DNA of 64,000 bases from Candidatus Multivoraceae bacterium (GTDB taxonomy: Bacteria > Acidobacteriota > Thermoanaerobaculia > Multivoradales > Multivoraceae), in contig CBDCWR010000006.1 in the NCBI GenBank assembly GCA_965223385.1, forward strand, positions 27,369-91,368, given 5' to 3'. Under the pieces are notes generated by a model. It was not told the DNA's origin, ran no database searches, and saw only the letters and a list, made by a program, of their open reading frames with translations. Within the stretch, counting starts at the first letter, position 1. Every line of letters begins with the position of its first letter. Position numbers and translations under genes: made by a program. Below, one piece after another: positions 19,486 to 28,890 of the stretch.

Positions 19486-21855
19486 TCAGCGCTGAATGAG
19501 GTAGGTGAACTTCACGATCACCTGCCGGTCCACGGTCTCGCGCGAGCTGAAGGTCGGAGCGTCCCAGCGCTGGTTGTACACCACGAACAGATCGGCGCCC
19601 GGCTTGTAGATCCAGTTGAAGCGCACGTTGAGCCCCAGGAGCTCGCTCGCTTCGTTGTACTGGAGGAGCGAGTCGAGCAGGACGTTCGGAGTGGCCGTCA
19701 CCGACAGGCGCTGCGAGAACACGTTGCGCTGGAACTCCGCCTCGGGGAGCGTGATGTCGTTGACCTGCACGCCGGTCGAGATCTCGAAGTGCTTCGACGG
19801 GTTCAGCTGGATGTTCGCCGAGGTCCGATCGTTCGTGCCGTTGTAGAAGCCGCCCGAGCTGACGCTGCCGAAGAAGGAGACGGGTCGGCTGCTGCTCGTG
19901 AACGTTCGCGCCGACCATCGTTCGTCGAAGTCGTACCTGCCGGCCGGAATCGTGACCTCGTCGGTGATCTGGAAGTCCTCGACGAGGCGCTCCGTCTGGT
20001 CGGCGACGCTGAGGCTGAACGAGTCGCCGCGCTGGGTGCGAAAGCCGAAGAAGTCGACCTCGTGCTCGCGCGACTCCATGAGCCCGCTCGTGTTGGAGAC
20101 GTACTCGCTCTCCACTCCGAATCGCAGAGTGCGGATGAAGCCCTTGTTGATGAGCGGGTCCCACTCCACGTTCGGTTTGTAGCGCCGCACGTCGCGTCGC
20201 AGCAGGAATCCGATGCCGGGCTCGAAGCCGCCGGAAACCTGGGTCGCGTCGAAGGATGCCTCGAACCCGCGCGCCTCGTAGTTGAAGCCGATGCCGCCGG
20301 ACCAGTCCTCTTCATCGGGCTCCGCGTCTTCGTCGTCGCTTTGCACGTAGTTGCCGTTGAAGCTGATCTTGTTGGTCGGCTTGTAGTCGAAGTCGACCCC
20401 GAGCACCTGGTTCTTGCCCGCGCCGCTCTCGCGACGATCGGTGTAGATGACACCCACGCTGGAGCGCTCACCCAGGTTTCGCTTGGCGCGCACCACGGCG
20501 AAGTTGGTCTGGCCGACCTCTTCGCCTTCGCTCGTGACGGCGGCCTCGGTCTGCACGTCCAGCACGCCGAAGTTCCAGCCACCGACGCGCCCGGTGTAGC
20601 GCGCACCCCAGTCCACGGGCACCGGGACGCCCTCGCTGTCGATGCCGATGCGTCGGGAGAAGAAGACCTTGAGGAGCGGGGCGCCGCCGCCGCCGCGCCC
20701 CCGCCCGAAGCCTCCGCCTCCCGGGCCAAACTCGAAGATGCCGGCGTTCTCCAGGAAGAACTCGCGCCGTTCCGGAAAGAAGAGGGAGAAGCGGGTGAGG
20801 TTGACCTGCTGCTGGTCGACCTCCACCTCGGCGAAGTCGGTGTTGTAGGTCAGGTCGAGCCGCGTCGAGCGCGTGACCCCCCACTTCACGTCGAGGCCGG
20901 CGTCGCCGTCTTCGCTCGTGCCGTCCTCCTCGGAGTCGACCGCGTTCGCCGTGACGAACGGTTTGATGTCGAGCTGCCTGGAGGGCAGGAGACCTTCGAG
21001 CCCGGTCAGCGTGCCGGCGAGAGAGATGCGAAACGAGCTGAAGCCGCGCGGGATGGGGGCCCAGAACGAGCCTTCGTTGGTGCGCGCGACGCTTCGGCGG
21101 ATCTGCAGGCCCCAGGTCGTCTGTGTGGGGTCGAAGCGCAGGGTGGAAAAGGGGATCTCGAGCTCGGCGACCCAGCCCTTGTCGGTGCGTCGCGACACGA
21201 CGTCCCACACTCCGTCCCACTCCCGGTTGAAGTCGCGCCCCTCGTCGGTGACGAGCGCGTCGCCCCTCGAGCCGTTCGGATTGGTCTCGAAGCGGAAGAA
21301 GTTCCTGCGGTCGAGGAAGGTGTCCAGCATGATCGAGATGCTGTCTTCACTGAAGAGCGACGCGTCGCGGCTCATCTGGTTGGCGATGACACGGTGCGGC
21401 TCGCTGTCTCGCGCATCGACGCCGATGTAGAGCGCCGACTGGGTGAAGAGCACACGGAAGAAGGTGTCCTGGGTCGCCGGCTCACCCTCGAGCGGGTCGC
21501 GCTGCACGAAGTTGGTTCCGACCTCGGCCTGCTGCCACTGTGGGTCGTCGAGCCGTCCGTCGATCCGCGGGCCTTCTTCGATCCTCACCGCGCGGATGGT
21601 CGGACGCTCCATCGACGCGGGGTCGCGGAAGCCGTCTCTTGCGGGCTTGCCCCACGTCGGTGCGGCGACGAAGAGAAGCACCCCGAGGCACATCCACGCC
21701 GCGCGGCGGCGAACGGAGATTCGTGGAGCGCGCAGAGGCGCAAGGTAGGAAAGGTGCGCTGGCAAGGTGAACCGGGAGACGCGGGAGCTCGGATGAGGTG
21801 GGAGTGGCGGGAATGGACCCGGCCGTAGGACGCCCGACCCGCGACTTTGTTTCAC
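19486..21855 (-). CDS. DUF5916-type outer-membrane beta-barrel with N-terminal CBM9-like domain
   Basis: IDGRLDD, ELEIPFSTLRF, NTDFAEVEVD, FFPERREFFLE, FFSRRIG, C-terminal KFTYL. True start probably downstream (e.g. ATG 21693). Confidence 0.85.
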   Translation of the reverse strand: MKQSRGSGVLRPGPFPPLPPHPSSRVSRFTLPAHLSYLAPLRAPRISVRRRAAWMCLGVLLFVAAPTWGKPARDGFRDPASMERPTIRAVRIEEGPRIDGRLDDPQWQQAEVGTNFVQRDPLEGEPATQDTFFRVLFTQSALYIGVDARDSEPHRVIANQMSRDASLFSEDSISIMLDTFLDRRNFFRFETNPNGSRGDALVTDEGRDFNREWDGVWDVVSRRTDKGWVAELEIPFSTLRFDPTQTTWGLQIRRSVARTNEGSFWAPIPRGFSSFRISLAGTLTGLEGLLPSRQLDIKPFVTANAVDSEEDGTSEDGDAGLDVKWGVTRSTRLDLTYNTDFAEVEVDQQQVNLTRFSLFFPERREFFLENAGIFEFGPGGGGFGRGRGGGGAPLLKVFFSRRIGIDSEGVPVPVDWGARYTGRVGGWNFGVLDVQTEAAVTSEGEEVGQTNFAVVRAKRNLGERSSVGVIYTDRRESGAGKNQVLGVDFDYKPTNKISFNGNYVQSDDEDAEPDEEDWSGGIGFNYEARGFEASFDATQVSGGFEPGIGFLLRRDVRRYKPNVEWDPLINKGFIRTLRFGVESEYVSNTSGLMESREHEVDFFGFRTQRGDSFSLSVADQTERLVEDFQITDEVTIPAGRYDFDERWSARTFTSSSRPVSFFGSVSSGGFYNGTNDRTSANIQLNPSKHFEISTGVQVNDITLPEAEFQRNVFSQRLSVTATPNVLLDSLLQYNEASELLGLNVRFNWIYKPGADLFVVYNQRWDAPTFSSRETVDRQVIVKFTYLIQR

Positions 21856-21975
21856 CGAGCGGGTCTGGGCGCGTCGGAGAAGGGTACGCCGCTGCTGCTT
21901 GCCCGGATCCGCCGGTTCACTGCTCGTGTCGGCACCGACAGAGATGCCGCGAGCATCACGTCCGGAACGGCTCTG

Positions 21976-22698
21976 TCAGAGGTGCCTGCGGAAGAGGGCG
22001 TGCACACGCTCCCAGTGGAGCTCGGAGGCGTACCGGTCGTAGCGCTCGCCGTAAGGCGGGGCATAGCCGTGGAGCGCGTCGGTGAGCCAGTCGAGCGTGT
22101 AGGTGACGCCCGCGTCGTCGAGAGCCTTCCGCATCACGGGCACGTCCTCGGGAGGCGCTGTCGGGTCGTTGTCGCACCAGCCGAAGTAGATCTCTGCCTG
22201 GACGGTGTCGAGCCCGAGGTGGGGCGAGTCCGGCGTGTCGCGCACCAGCCAGGCGCCGTGAATCGACGCCACGGCGGCCACGCGCTCCGGCATCGCGCGC
22301 GCGAGAGAGATCACGAGCCCGCCGCTCATGCAGAAGCCCACCGCGCCGATCTTGCCGTCGGCTGCGGCATCGTCCGCGTCGGCGATCGCCAGGAGCGCGT
22401 CGGCGTCGCTCAGGATGTTGGTGGGCGTCACGGTGCCCATGAGCTCCTGGCGCGCGTGCATGTCCTCGTCACTGGCGCCGAACTCCCGGAAGGGGCCGCC
22501 GCGGTAGAAGAGGTAGGGCAGCATGACGTAGTAGCCCGCCGTGGCCAGGCGTGACGCCATCTCGTGGAGCGCGGGCCGGATGCTCGGCGCGTCCATGAGG
22601 TAGAGCACGACGGGGTGTGGCCCCTCGTGCTCCGGGTGGTAGATGAAGGTCTTCATCTCCCCTTCGGGAGTGGTGATGTCGAGCTCGCGTTGGATCAT
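21976..22698 (-). CDS. Dienelactone hydrolase family protein
   Basis: GFCMSG nucleophile elbow, D in CDNDP, HGY. Confidence 0.92.
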   Translation of the reverse strand: MIQRELDITTPEGEMKTFIYHPEHEGPHPVVLYLMDAPSIRPALHEMASRLATAGYYVMLPYLFYRGGPFREFGASDEDMHARQELMGTVTPTNILSDADALLAIADADDAAADGKIGAVGFCMSGGLVISLARAMPERVAAVASIHGAWLVRDTPDSPHLGLDTVQAEIYFGWCDNDPTAPPEDVPVMRKALDDAGVTYTLDWLTDALHGYAPPYGERYDRYASELHWERVHALFRRHL

Positions 22699-22740
22699 GG
22701 TGGGGGAAGCTTGCCACAGGCCCTGCGCGTCCCCCTGCGG

Positions 22741-23559
22741 CTAGAGCTGCTTGCGCAGGATGATCTGTGGCCCGTAGCGGCTGGTCCGCCGGCCGACGGC
22801 CCCGAACCCGTGCGCGCCGTTGAGCGCGAGCATGCCCTGGTTCGAGTGCGCGGTGATCGTCTCGATCTCGCGGAAACCGGCCCGGCGCGTCCATTCGTGC
22901 TGCGCCTTCATCAGCGCAAGGCCGATGCCGCGCCGGCGCTGCGCGGGATGCACGCCGCCGAGCCAGCTGTAGTAGCGCGTTTCCGAAAGGGCGTAGCCGG
23001 CTTTGAACGCCACGGTTTCCCCGTCCTCCAGAGCCGTGAACACCGTCACCCTGGGCATGTGCGTGAGGCGCCACGACAGGTAGCGTCGCTGCTCCTCCTC
23101 GTCGTCTTCGAAGATGGTGGCGCTGAGAGGCGTCAACGTGTCGAGAAGCTCGTGAGAGAGCGGGGGCTCGTGCAGCACGACCTCGCACGTGGCGGGCGGC
23201 CGCTCCGGGTCGCGGAAGGCTGCGGCACTCGCTGCCAGCTCGGAGGTGGCTCCGAACTCCATCAGCTCGACCGGCGCCCCGTTCACCTCCACGAACGCCA
23301 CCGTCAGGCCGTGGCTGGGGCTGTTGGGCTCGATCAGCACCTTCTGTCCCTCGAGCGCGGCGTCGAGGTCGTTCACCTCGAACGCGACGTGCGCAACCGT
23401 CTGCACGAGCTCCGGGTACGGCGCGTCGTCGTGGTAGCGCATCCACTGCAGCCCGTACGGGTTGTTCTCGTGATCCGAGACCGTGATCTTGAGGTGGGGT
23501 AGGTCGATCTCACCCTCGAAGCGGCTTTTCGTGGGGATGCCGATGTGGTTGAACTTCAT
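22741..23559 (-). CDS. VOC-like domain fused to GNAT acetyltransferase
   Basis: N-terminal FNHIGIP...HVAFEV..L...VELME; C-terminal GGVHPAQRRRGIG and N..ML.LN...GF. Start ATG 23559. Confidence 0.8.
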   Translation of the reverse strand: MKFNHIGIPTKSRFEGEIDLPHLKITVSDHENNPYGLQWMRYHDDAPYPELVQTVAHVAFEVNDLDAALEGQKVLIEPNSPSHGLTVAFVEVNGAPVELMEFGATSELAASAAAFRDPERPPATCEVVLHEPPLSHELLDTLTPLSATIFEDDEEEQRRYLSWRLTHMPRVTVFTALEDGETVAFKAGYALSETRYYSWLGGVHPAQRRRGIGLALMKAQHEWTRRAGFREIETITAHSNQGMLALNGAHGFGAVGRRTSRYGPQIILRKQL

Positions 23560-23651
23560 CGTTCGATGCTTCCGCAGCCGCGTTCGCTCATGCAAGCGCC
23601 CGCCCCGATGAATCAAGGCGGACTTCTGGTCCGTCTAAGGAGGCAGAAGTT

Positions 23652-24370
23652 GTGATTCGAGTCGTCCCTTCGCCCGAGAGCAGGACGCCGCCGGTGTCGC
23701 GGCTCTCTTCGGCCCCGACGGCGCCATCTACTGGGAGAACCAGCCGCCGGCAAAAGGCACGGCTGCGCTCGAGGCCGCGTTTGCCCGCAGCTATGCCACG
23801 AGCGCAGGAGGCGAGGCAGGCTTCTCCGCCGACGAGATCCTCATGTCGGCCTCGGGCGACCTCGCCGTGGAGATGGGGAACTTCGACAACGGCGAAGCCG
23901 TGGGACGCTACGCCACGATCCATCAGAAGGTCGACGGCGCCTGGCGGGTGCACAGCGACTACTCGGTGAACACCGATCCCTCCGGTGGTGCGCCGGAGTG
24001 GGCGCGCACGGCGCTGCGGGCGTTCTACGAGGCGTACAACGCCGAGGACGCGGCGGGCCTGGCAGCGCAGTTCACGGAGGACGGCCGCGTGGGTGATCTC
24101 GAAAACGGAGCCAAGGGTCGCGCTGCGATCCAGACGTACTTCGAGGCCGAGTTCGCGGAGAACGACGTCACCTGCAACGGCGAGCACTCCGAGTTCATGC
24201 AGGTCGGCTCGGCGGCCGTCGGCTGGGGTGTGGACGTGTGCGAGCGTGTCGGCGAAGGCGGCGAGACGATCACGTCCTACGTGAACTGGCTGTCGCAGTA
24301 CGAGCAACAGGCCGACGGCAGCTGGCTCACCGCGCGCGACATCGGCGAGACGATCGGTGGCGACGCGTAG
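23652..24370 (+). pseudogene. Tandem SnoaL/DUF4440 (NTF2-like) protein with disrupted 5' end
   Basis: The frame containing two NTF2-like repeats (QDAAGVAALF / EDAAGLAAQFTEDG) is open from 23639 but has no start until 23843. A perfect TAAGGAGG RBS + GTG 23652 lies in a different frame. Confidence 0.6.
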
Positions 24371-24442
24371 GGCCGTCTCGCGCGCCGCGCGGGTCCAGTG
24401 AGGTCGGCCAGCAGGGTGGGCGCTCGGCGCCGGTAGAGTGGC

Positions 24443-26242
24443 GTGCGCGTGACGAACCTCACCGCAAAGCGACCCAGATCGATGCGCTCGGATACCAGGG
24501 ACTGGCTCCGCTGCGGGCTCCTGCCCCTCGGCCTGGGCCTGGCTGCGTCTGCGGAGAACACCTGGGCGAACGGCTGGATCGGAGCGGGGTTGGGGTCACT
24601 TGCCCTGGAGCAGTTGGGCGAGACTCTGCGGGCGTCGCTCGTCATCGCGCTCGTGGCACTCACCGTGGGATGGCTCGGCGGATGGAGCGCCTCGCGCGCC
24701 CTTCCTCGCGTGTCGTGGGCGGGGAGCGTCACGACGCGCCTGTTGACCCTCGGCGTCGGCGCGGTGCTCTCGTGGAACCAGGCCCTGCCGTGGAGTGGGT
24801 GGCACCAGGTGCAGGCGGTCGGACTGGGAGAGGTGCCCCTGGTCATTCTTGCCGTGGCGCTGCTGGTGATTGCGGGCGTCGCGCTCCTGCTGCAGAGAAC
24901 GTGGCGCGAGCCGCATCCGGTGCTTTGGCCGCGCTGGACGTTGCTGATGATGGCGATGGCAGCCCTCGTCGGCCTCGGAGTCGATCTCTCGCGAGAGCAG
25001 CCGGCGCCCGATGCACCGGATGTCCTCCTGGTCACGATCGACACTCTCCGTGCCGACCGGGTGGGGTTCGGCGGGGCCTCTCCTTCGTACACGCCCCACA
25101 TGGACGCGCTGGCCGCGACGGGGATCGTCTTCGATCGCGCCGTGGCTCCCGCGTCGTGGACGCTGCCGAGCCTGGCGAGTCTTCTGACCGGACGTCATCC
25201 CCACGAGCACCGCGCGACGAGCTTCGGCTCTCGGCTGCCGCGCGCGCAGACGACCCTGGCCGAGGTGGCGCGCGACGCCGGCTACGCGACGGGTGCCGTG
25301 ACGAGCCACGTCTTGTCGAGCCGGCGCTACGGTCTGGCGCAGGGCTTTCAGATGTTCTCCGATCGACACGTGGAGTCCCACCTCGAGATCTCGTCCCCGC
25401 GTCTGACCGACGTCGCCGTACGGTGGCTTGCAGGCGCAGGGGATCGGCCGGTCTTCCTCTGGGTGCACTACTTCGATCCGCACTCCTCGTATGTCGATCA
25501 CGACGATCAGTCCATCGCTCAGACCGGCGTCTTCCGGTCGGCCTACCGGGAGAGCACTCTGCGGCACAAGGACGTCTCCGACGAGGAGCTCGCCCACGTC
25601 CTGGACCTGTACGACGAGGAGATCGCAACCACCGACGCGCAGATCGGCCGCCTCCTCGAGGCCTGGCACGCCCGAGAGTCGTCGCGCCCCGACGTCGTGG
25701 TCGTCACCGCGGACCACGGCGAGTTGTTCGGTGAAGGTGGCCGCTACGGTCACGGCTTCGCCGACCAGGAGGTCCTTGCAGTGCCGCTCGTGCTCAGCGG
25801 GACCTCGATCGCCTGGTCGCCAGAGCCGGTGTCCCGGGTGGTCGAGACCCGCGCCGTCGCCGGCACGTTGGCTCGGATCGCCGGCTTCCCGCGCAGCTCC
25901 ATGAGCGACTCCACGAGTCTCCTGGACGATGTCGGGGAGCCTCGCCCGATTCTGGTGGAGGCGTCGTCGTCCACCGGAGATCGCGACGCGAGATGTGTCT
26001 ACTTCGGCAACTACAAGTACATCTTCGACGAGCTCTCATCGCGGGAGGAGCTCTACGATCTGCGCCTCGACCCGGAAGAGCGGAACGATCTGCTCGAGGC
26101 GGGCGACCCGTCCACCGCGCAGCTGGCAGCCAAGCTGCATTCGTTCCTGAGGTCGACGGGCCCACGCGCACCGGGAGAGTCGGCCGGGAAGCTGAGCGGG
26201 GCCGAGGAGGAGTCGCTGCGCAGCCTGGGCTACCTGAACTGA
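24443..26242 (+). CDS. Membrane-anchored sulfatase-like (alkaline phosphatase superfamily) hydrolase/transferase
   Basis: Several N-terminal TM segments; VTIDTLRAD, SWTLPSLASLLTG, HYFDPH, TADHGE, ELYDL..DP.E, LRSLGY. Start uncertain (24443-24482). Confidence 0.88.
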   Translation: MRVTNLTAKRPRSMRSDTRDWLRCGLLPLGLGLAASAENTWANGWIGAGLGSLALEQLGETLRASLVIALVALTVGWLGGWSASRALPRVSWAGSVTTRLLTLGVGAVLSWNQALPWSGWHQVQAVGLGEVPLVILAVALLVIAGVALLLQRTWREPHPVLWPRWTLLMMAMAALVGLGVDLSREQPAPDAPDVLLVTIDTLRADRVGFGGASPSYTPHMDALAATGIVFDRAVAPASWTLPSLASLLTGRHPHEHRATSFGSRLPRAQTTLAEVARDAGYATGAVTSHVLSSRRYGLAQGFQMFSDRHVESHLEISSPRLTDVAVRWLAGAGDRPVFLWVHYFDPHSSYVDHDDQSIAQTGVFRSAYRESTLRHKDVSDEELAHVLDLYDEEIATTDAQIGRLLEAWHARESSRPDVVVVTADHGELFGEGGRYGHGFADQEVLAVPLVLSGTSIAWSPEPVSRVVETRAVAGTLARIAGFPRSSMSDSTSLLDDVGEPRPILVEASSSTGDRDARCVYFGNYKYIFDELSSREELYDLRLDPEERNDLLEAGDPSTAQLAAKLHSFLRSTGPRAPGESAGKLSGAEEESLRSLGYLN

Positions 26243-26260
26243 ACGATGGCTGCGTGAGCG

Positions 26261-26857
26261 TCAGCCGAACTGCTGCGCAGCCGGCACGGCCGGATCGTAG
26301 GCCTCGAGGCCCTCGCTGGTGAGGCGAAAGAGCGACGCGTCGGCGCGTGCGCCGTCGATGTCGAGAAACCCCACTGTGCCGAGCTGCGTGTCGTAGTGGT
26401 GTGGATAGGTCGGCGACCCGGGGTTCACGCACAGGATGCCGTCGATCTCCTTGACGATCGCCTTGTGCGAATCGCCGGAGACGATCACGTCGGGCCGCTT
26501 CTCGGGGAAGAAGCGCTCCAGGAAGTGGGCGAGCTGGAGCCGCGGCGAATTGCTCGGCTCCACCGGGATGAAGTGGGTCAGGCCCACCGTAACCTGCTCG
26601 AACTCGAGGGTCCACGCATGACGTGCGCGGGGGTCGTCCGGCTGCCGGACCCGGCCCCCTTCGCCGTCGTCGCCGTTCCCGCGCGCACAGAAGACCGGCG
26701 CGATGCGCTCGAGCTCGTCGAGGAGTGCGAAGTCGTGCACGTCCCCACCATGCAGGATGTGGTCGACGCCATCAAACGCCTCGAACACGTGCGGCCAGAG
26801 CTCCGAGCGCGACTCGGGCAGGTGTGTGTCGGAGAGGAGACCGAGGCGGAGGGGCAT
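26261..26857 (-). CDS. YfcE-like metallophosphoesterase
   Basis: SDTH, HGGD, GNGD, NPGS; the final motif reads GDSH instead of the usual GHTH. Confidence 0.88.
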   Translation of the reverse strand: MPLRLGLLSDTHLPESRSELWPHVFEAFDGVDHILHGGDVHDFALLDELERIAPVFCARGNGDDGEGGRVRQPDDPRARHAWTLEFEQVTVGLTHFIPVEPSNSPRLQLAHFLERFFPEKRPDVIVSGDSHKAIVKEIDGILCVNPGSPTYPHHYDTQLGTVGFLDIDGARADASLFRLTSEGLEAYDPAVPAAQQFG

Positions 26858-26906
26858 GGCGAGGGGGTTCGTTGCGGGCGGGCAGGACTCTACCCGACGC
26901 GTCCGG

Positions 26907-28721
26907 CTAGCGCGGCAACGCGAAGACGAAGAGGCTGCTTCCTCTGGGTACCTGCACCTTCTTCACCACGTCGGGTGCGCCGCTCCCCGTCGCAACGGCG
27001 ATGTACTGGCGCCCGCCCACGGCGAAGCTGATCGGGTAGCCGACCACCGCGGAGCCGAGGTTCACCTCCCACAGGATCTCCCCGGTGTCGTCGTCGAAGG
27101 CGCGAAATCGGCCGTAGCCGTCACCGCCGAAGACGAGGCCGCCGGCCGTCGCCACGAGCGAAAGGGTCCACGCCTCCTGCTCGTGGAGCCACCGCGTCTC
27201 GCCCGTCGACGCGTCGATGGCCCGGACGGTGCCCTGGTGCTCCACGCCCGGGGCGAGCTCCTGGCGCGCGGCGAGCGAGTAGATCTCGAGGCCAGCCTGC
27301 CCGCCTTTCGTGAGCGCTCGCGCGCGGCGGCTCTCGAAGTTGCGCGTGGCGAGCATCGTGGCGCACGTGTTGCGCAGCGGGAAGTACATCGTGTTGTTGA
27401 TCGGGTTGTAGGAGCCGGCCTCCCAGTTCTTGCCGCCGGTCCACGTCGGGCACACGTGCACCTCCTGCTCGATCTCCTCGAACACGATCTCCCGGTTGAT
27501 CCGAGGCGCACCCGTGCGTCCGTCGATGTCCTGGATGACGTTCTGCGGCACGGTCGGGTTGGCCCACAGGAACTCGCCGGTCGCGCGGTCGAGCGTGTAC
27601 ACGATGCCGGTCTTGCCGGGAATACCGGTCACCACCTTGCGCGTCTCGCCGGGCGTGAGGCTGGGGTTGATCCACGCAACCTCGTCGGGGTCGGGTGCGA
27701 CCCGGGTCTCCACGAGCATGCGCTCGAACGGATGGTCGAGATCCCAGGAGTCGTTCAGGTGCTGGTAGTACCAGCGGATCTCGCCGGTCTCGATGTCCAG
27801 TGCGAGGGTGGAGTTGTGGTACAGATGCGACTTGTCGGTGCCGCCGAGCAGGAACTTGGGTGCCGGAGACGTGACGGAGGTTCCGGCGAAGACGAGGCCG
27901 AGCTCCGGGTCGTAGCTCGGCACCATCCAACTGCCCACGTGCTGCCGGTCTTCGTACGCGACGTCGCCCCAGGTCTCGTCACCAGGCTCCCCCGGGGCCG
28001 GGATGAGGCGCCGCCGCCACGCCTCATCGCCCGTCTTGGCGTCGTGTGCGGTGATGATGCAGGCGTCGGGTCCGCCCCAGGGTCGGCAGCTGCGTCCGGA
28101 GATCGCGAGCCCTCCGGCGATGATCGGCCCGGAGCTGTGTGTCGCCGACTGCGTCTCGTAGTCGAGGATCTTCGTCTCCCAGACCGTCTCCCCGGTCAGG
28201 GTATCGAGCGCGAAGATGAAGTTGTCGTCGCTCGTGTTGATGATCGTGCGGCCGTAGATCGCCAGGTTGCGGTTGTTGCGCGCGTTGAACCCCACCCGGG
28301 CGTAGATGCTCTCCGGCAGCTCGCGCTCGTAGCGCCAGTGGCGATCGCCGGTGGCCGCGTCGAAGGCTTCGATGATGTCGCTCACCTGGGGCACGAAGAG
28401 CATGCCGCCGTAGGCGAGCGGCGTGATGTCGCTCGTGCCTTCGGCGAGTGGCCGCGTCCAGACCAGGCCCAGCTTCCGGACGTTGCTGCGGTCGATCTCG
28501 GAGAGCGGGCTGAACCCCCACGAGTCCTGCGTACGCCGCCACATGAGCCAGTCGCCAGGAGCAGGGCTCTCGAGCATCGCGTCGGTGACCGGCGGAAAGT
28601 CGGAGGGCTGGGCAAAAGCGCTCACGCTGAGGAAGAACGTGACCACAGCGAGGAGACACGCGTCGCTTGCGAGCCCGAACGAGCTGGGGCGAGTGGTGTC
28701 CGTGAGCCGTGCGCTGCGCAT
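26907..28721 (-). CDS. PQQ-binding beta-propeller dehydrogenase (alcohol dehydrogenase-like)
   Basis: Signal peptide, DWLMWRRT, LALD..TG...WYYQ, WDLD, GGKNW, GLVFGGD..G.FRAFD..TG. Confidence 0.88.
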   Translation of the reverse strand: MRSARLTDTTRPSSFGLASDACLLAVVTFFLSVSAFAQPSDFPPVTDAMLESPAPGDWLMWRRTQDSWGFSPLSEIDRSNVRKLGLVWTRPLAEGTSDITPLAYGGMLFVPQVSDIIEAFDAATGDRHWRYERELPESIYARVGFNARNNRNLAIYGRTIINTSDDNFIFALDTLTGETVWETKILDYETQSATHSSGPIIAGGLAISGRSCRPWGGPDACIITAHDAKTGDEAWRRRLIPAPGEPGDETWGDVAYEDRQHVGSWMVPSYDPELGLVFAGTSVTSPAPKFLLGGTDKSHLYHNSTLALDIETGEIRWYYQHLNDSWDLDHPFERMLVETRVAPDPDEVAWINPSLTPGETRKVVTGIPGKTGIVYTLDRATGEFLWANPTVPQNVIQDIDGRTGAPRINREIVFEEIEQEVHVCPTWTGGKNWEAGSYNPINNTMYFPLRNTCATMLATRNFESRRARALTKGGQAGLEIYSLAARQELAPGVEHQGTVRAIDASTGETRWLHEQEAWTLSLVATAGGLVFGGDGYGRFRAFDDDTGEILWEVNLGSAVVGYPISFAVGGRQYIAVATGSGAPDVVKKVQVPRGSSLFVFALPR

Positions 28722-28890
28722 GGGCCGACCGTCCTTCTCTTCGGGGTCCCGTCAGGTACATCTGCGGGGGTCTGGATTGTGGTGAGGGCGTAGGAGCGTA
28801 GCATCTGGCTTGACTCGGACGTTGGGGTTCGGGCCAACGCACGTCCGCTGGGGCGCTCAGCTCGTCCCTCGTTTGACCGAGGAGGACACG

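Noticed and set aside
26907-28721. Lanthanide-dependent methanol/alcohol dehydrogenase (XoxF/ExaF) call from WDLD
   Set aside because: No vicinal Cys-Cys is present and the context differs (DHPFE); DxD also occurs in glucose-type PQQ enzymes, so it is not diagnostic.
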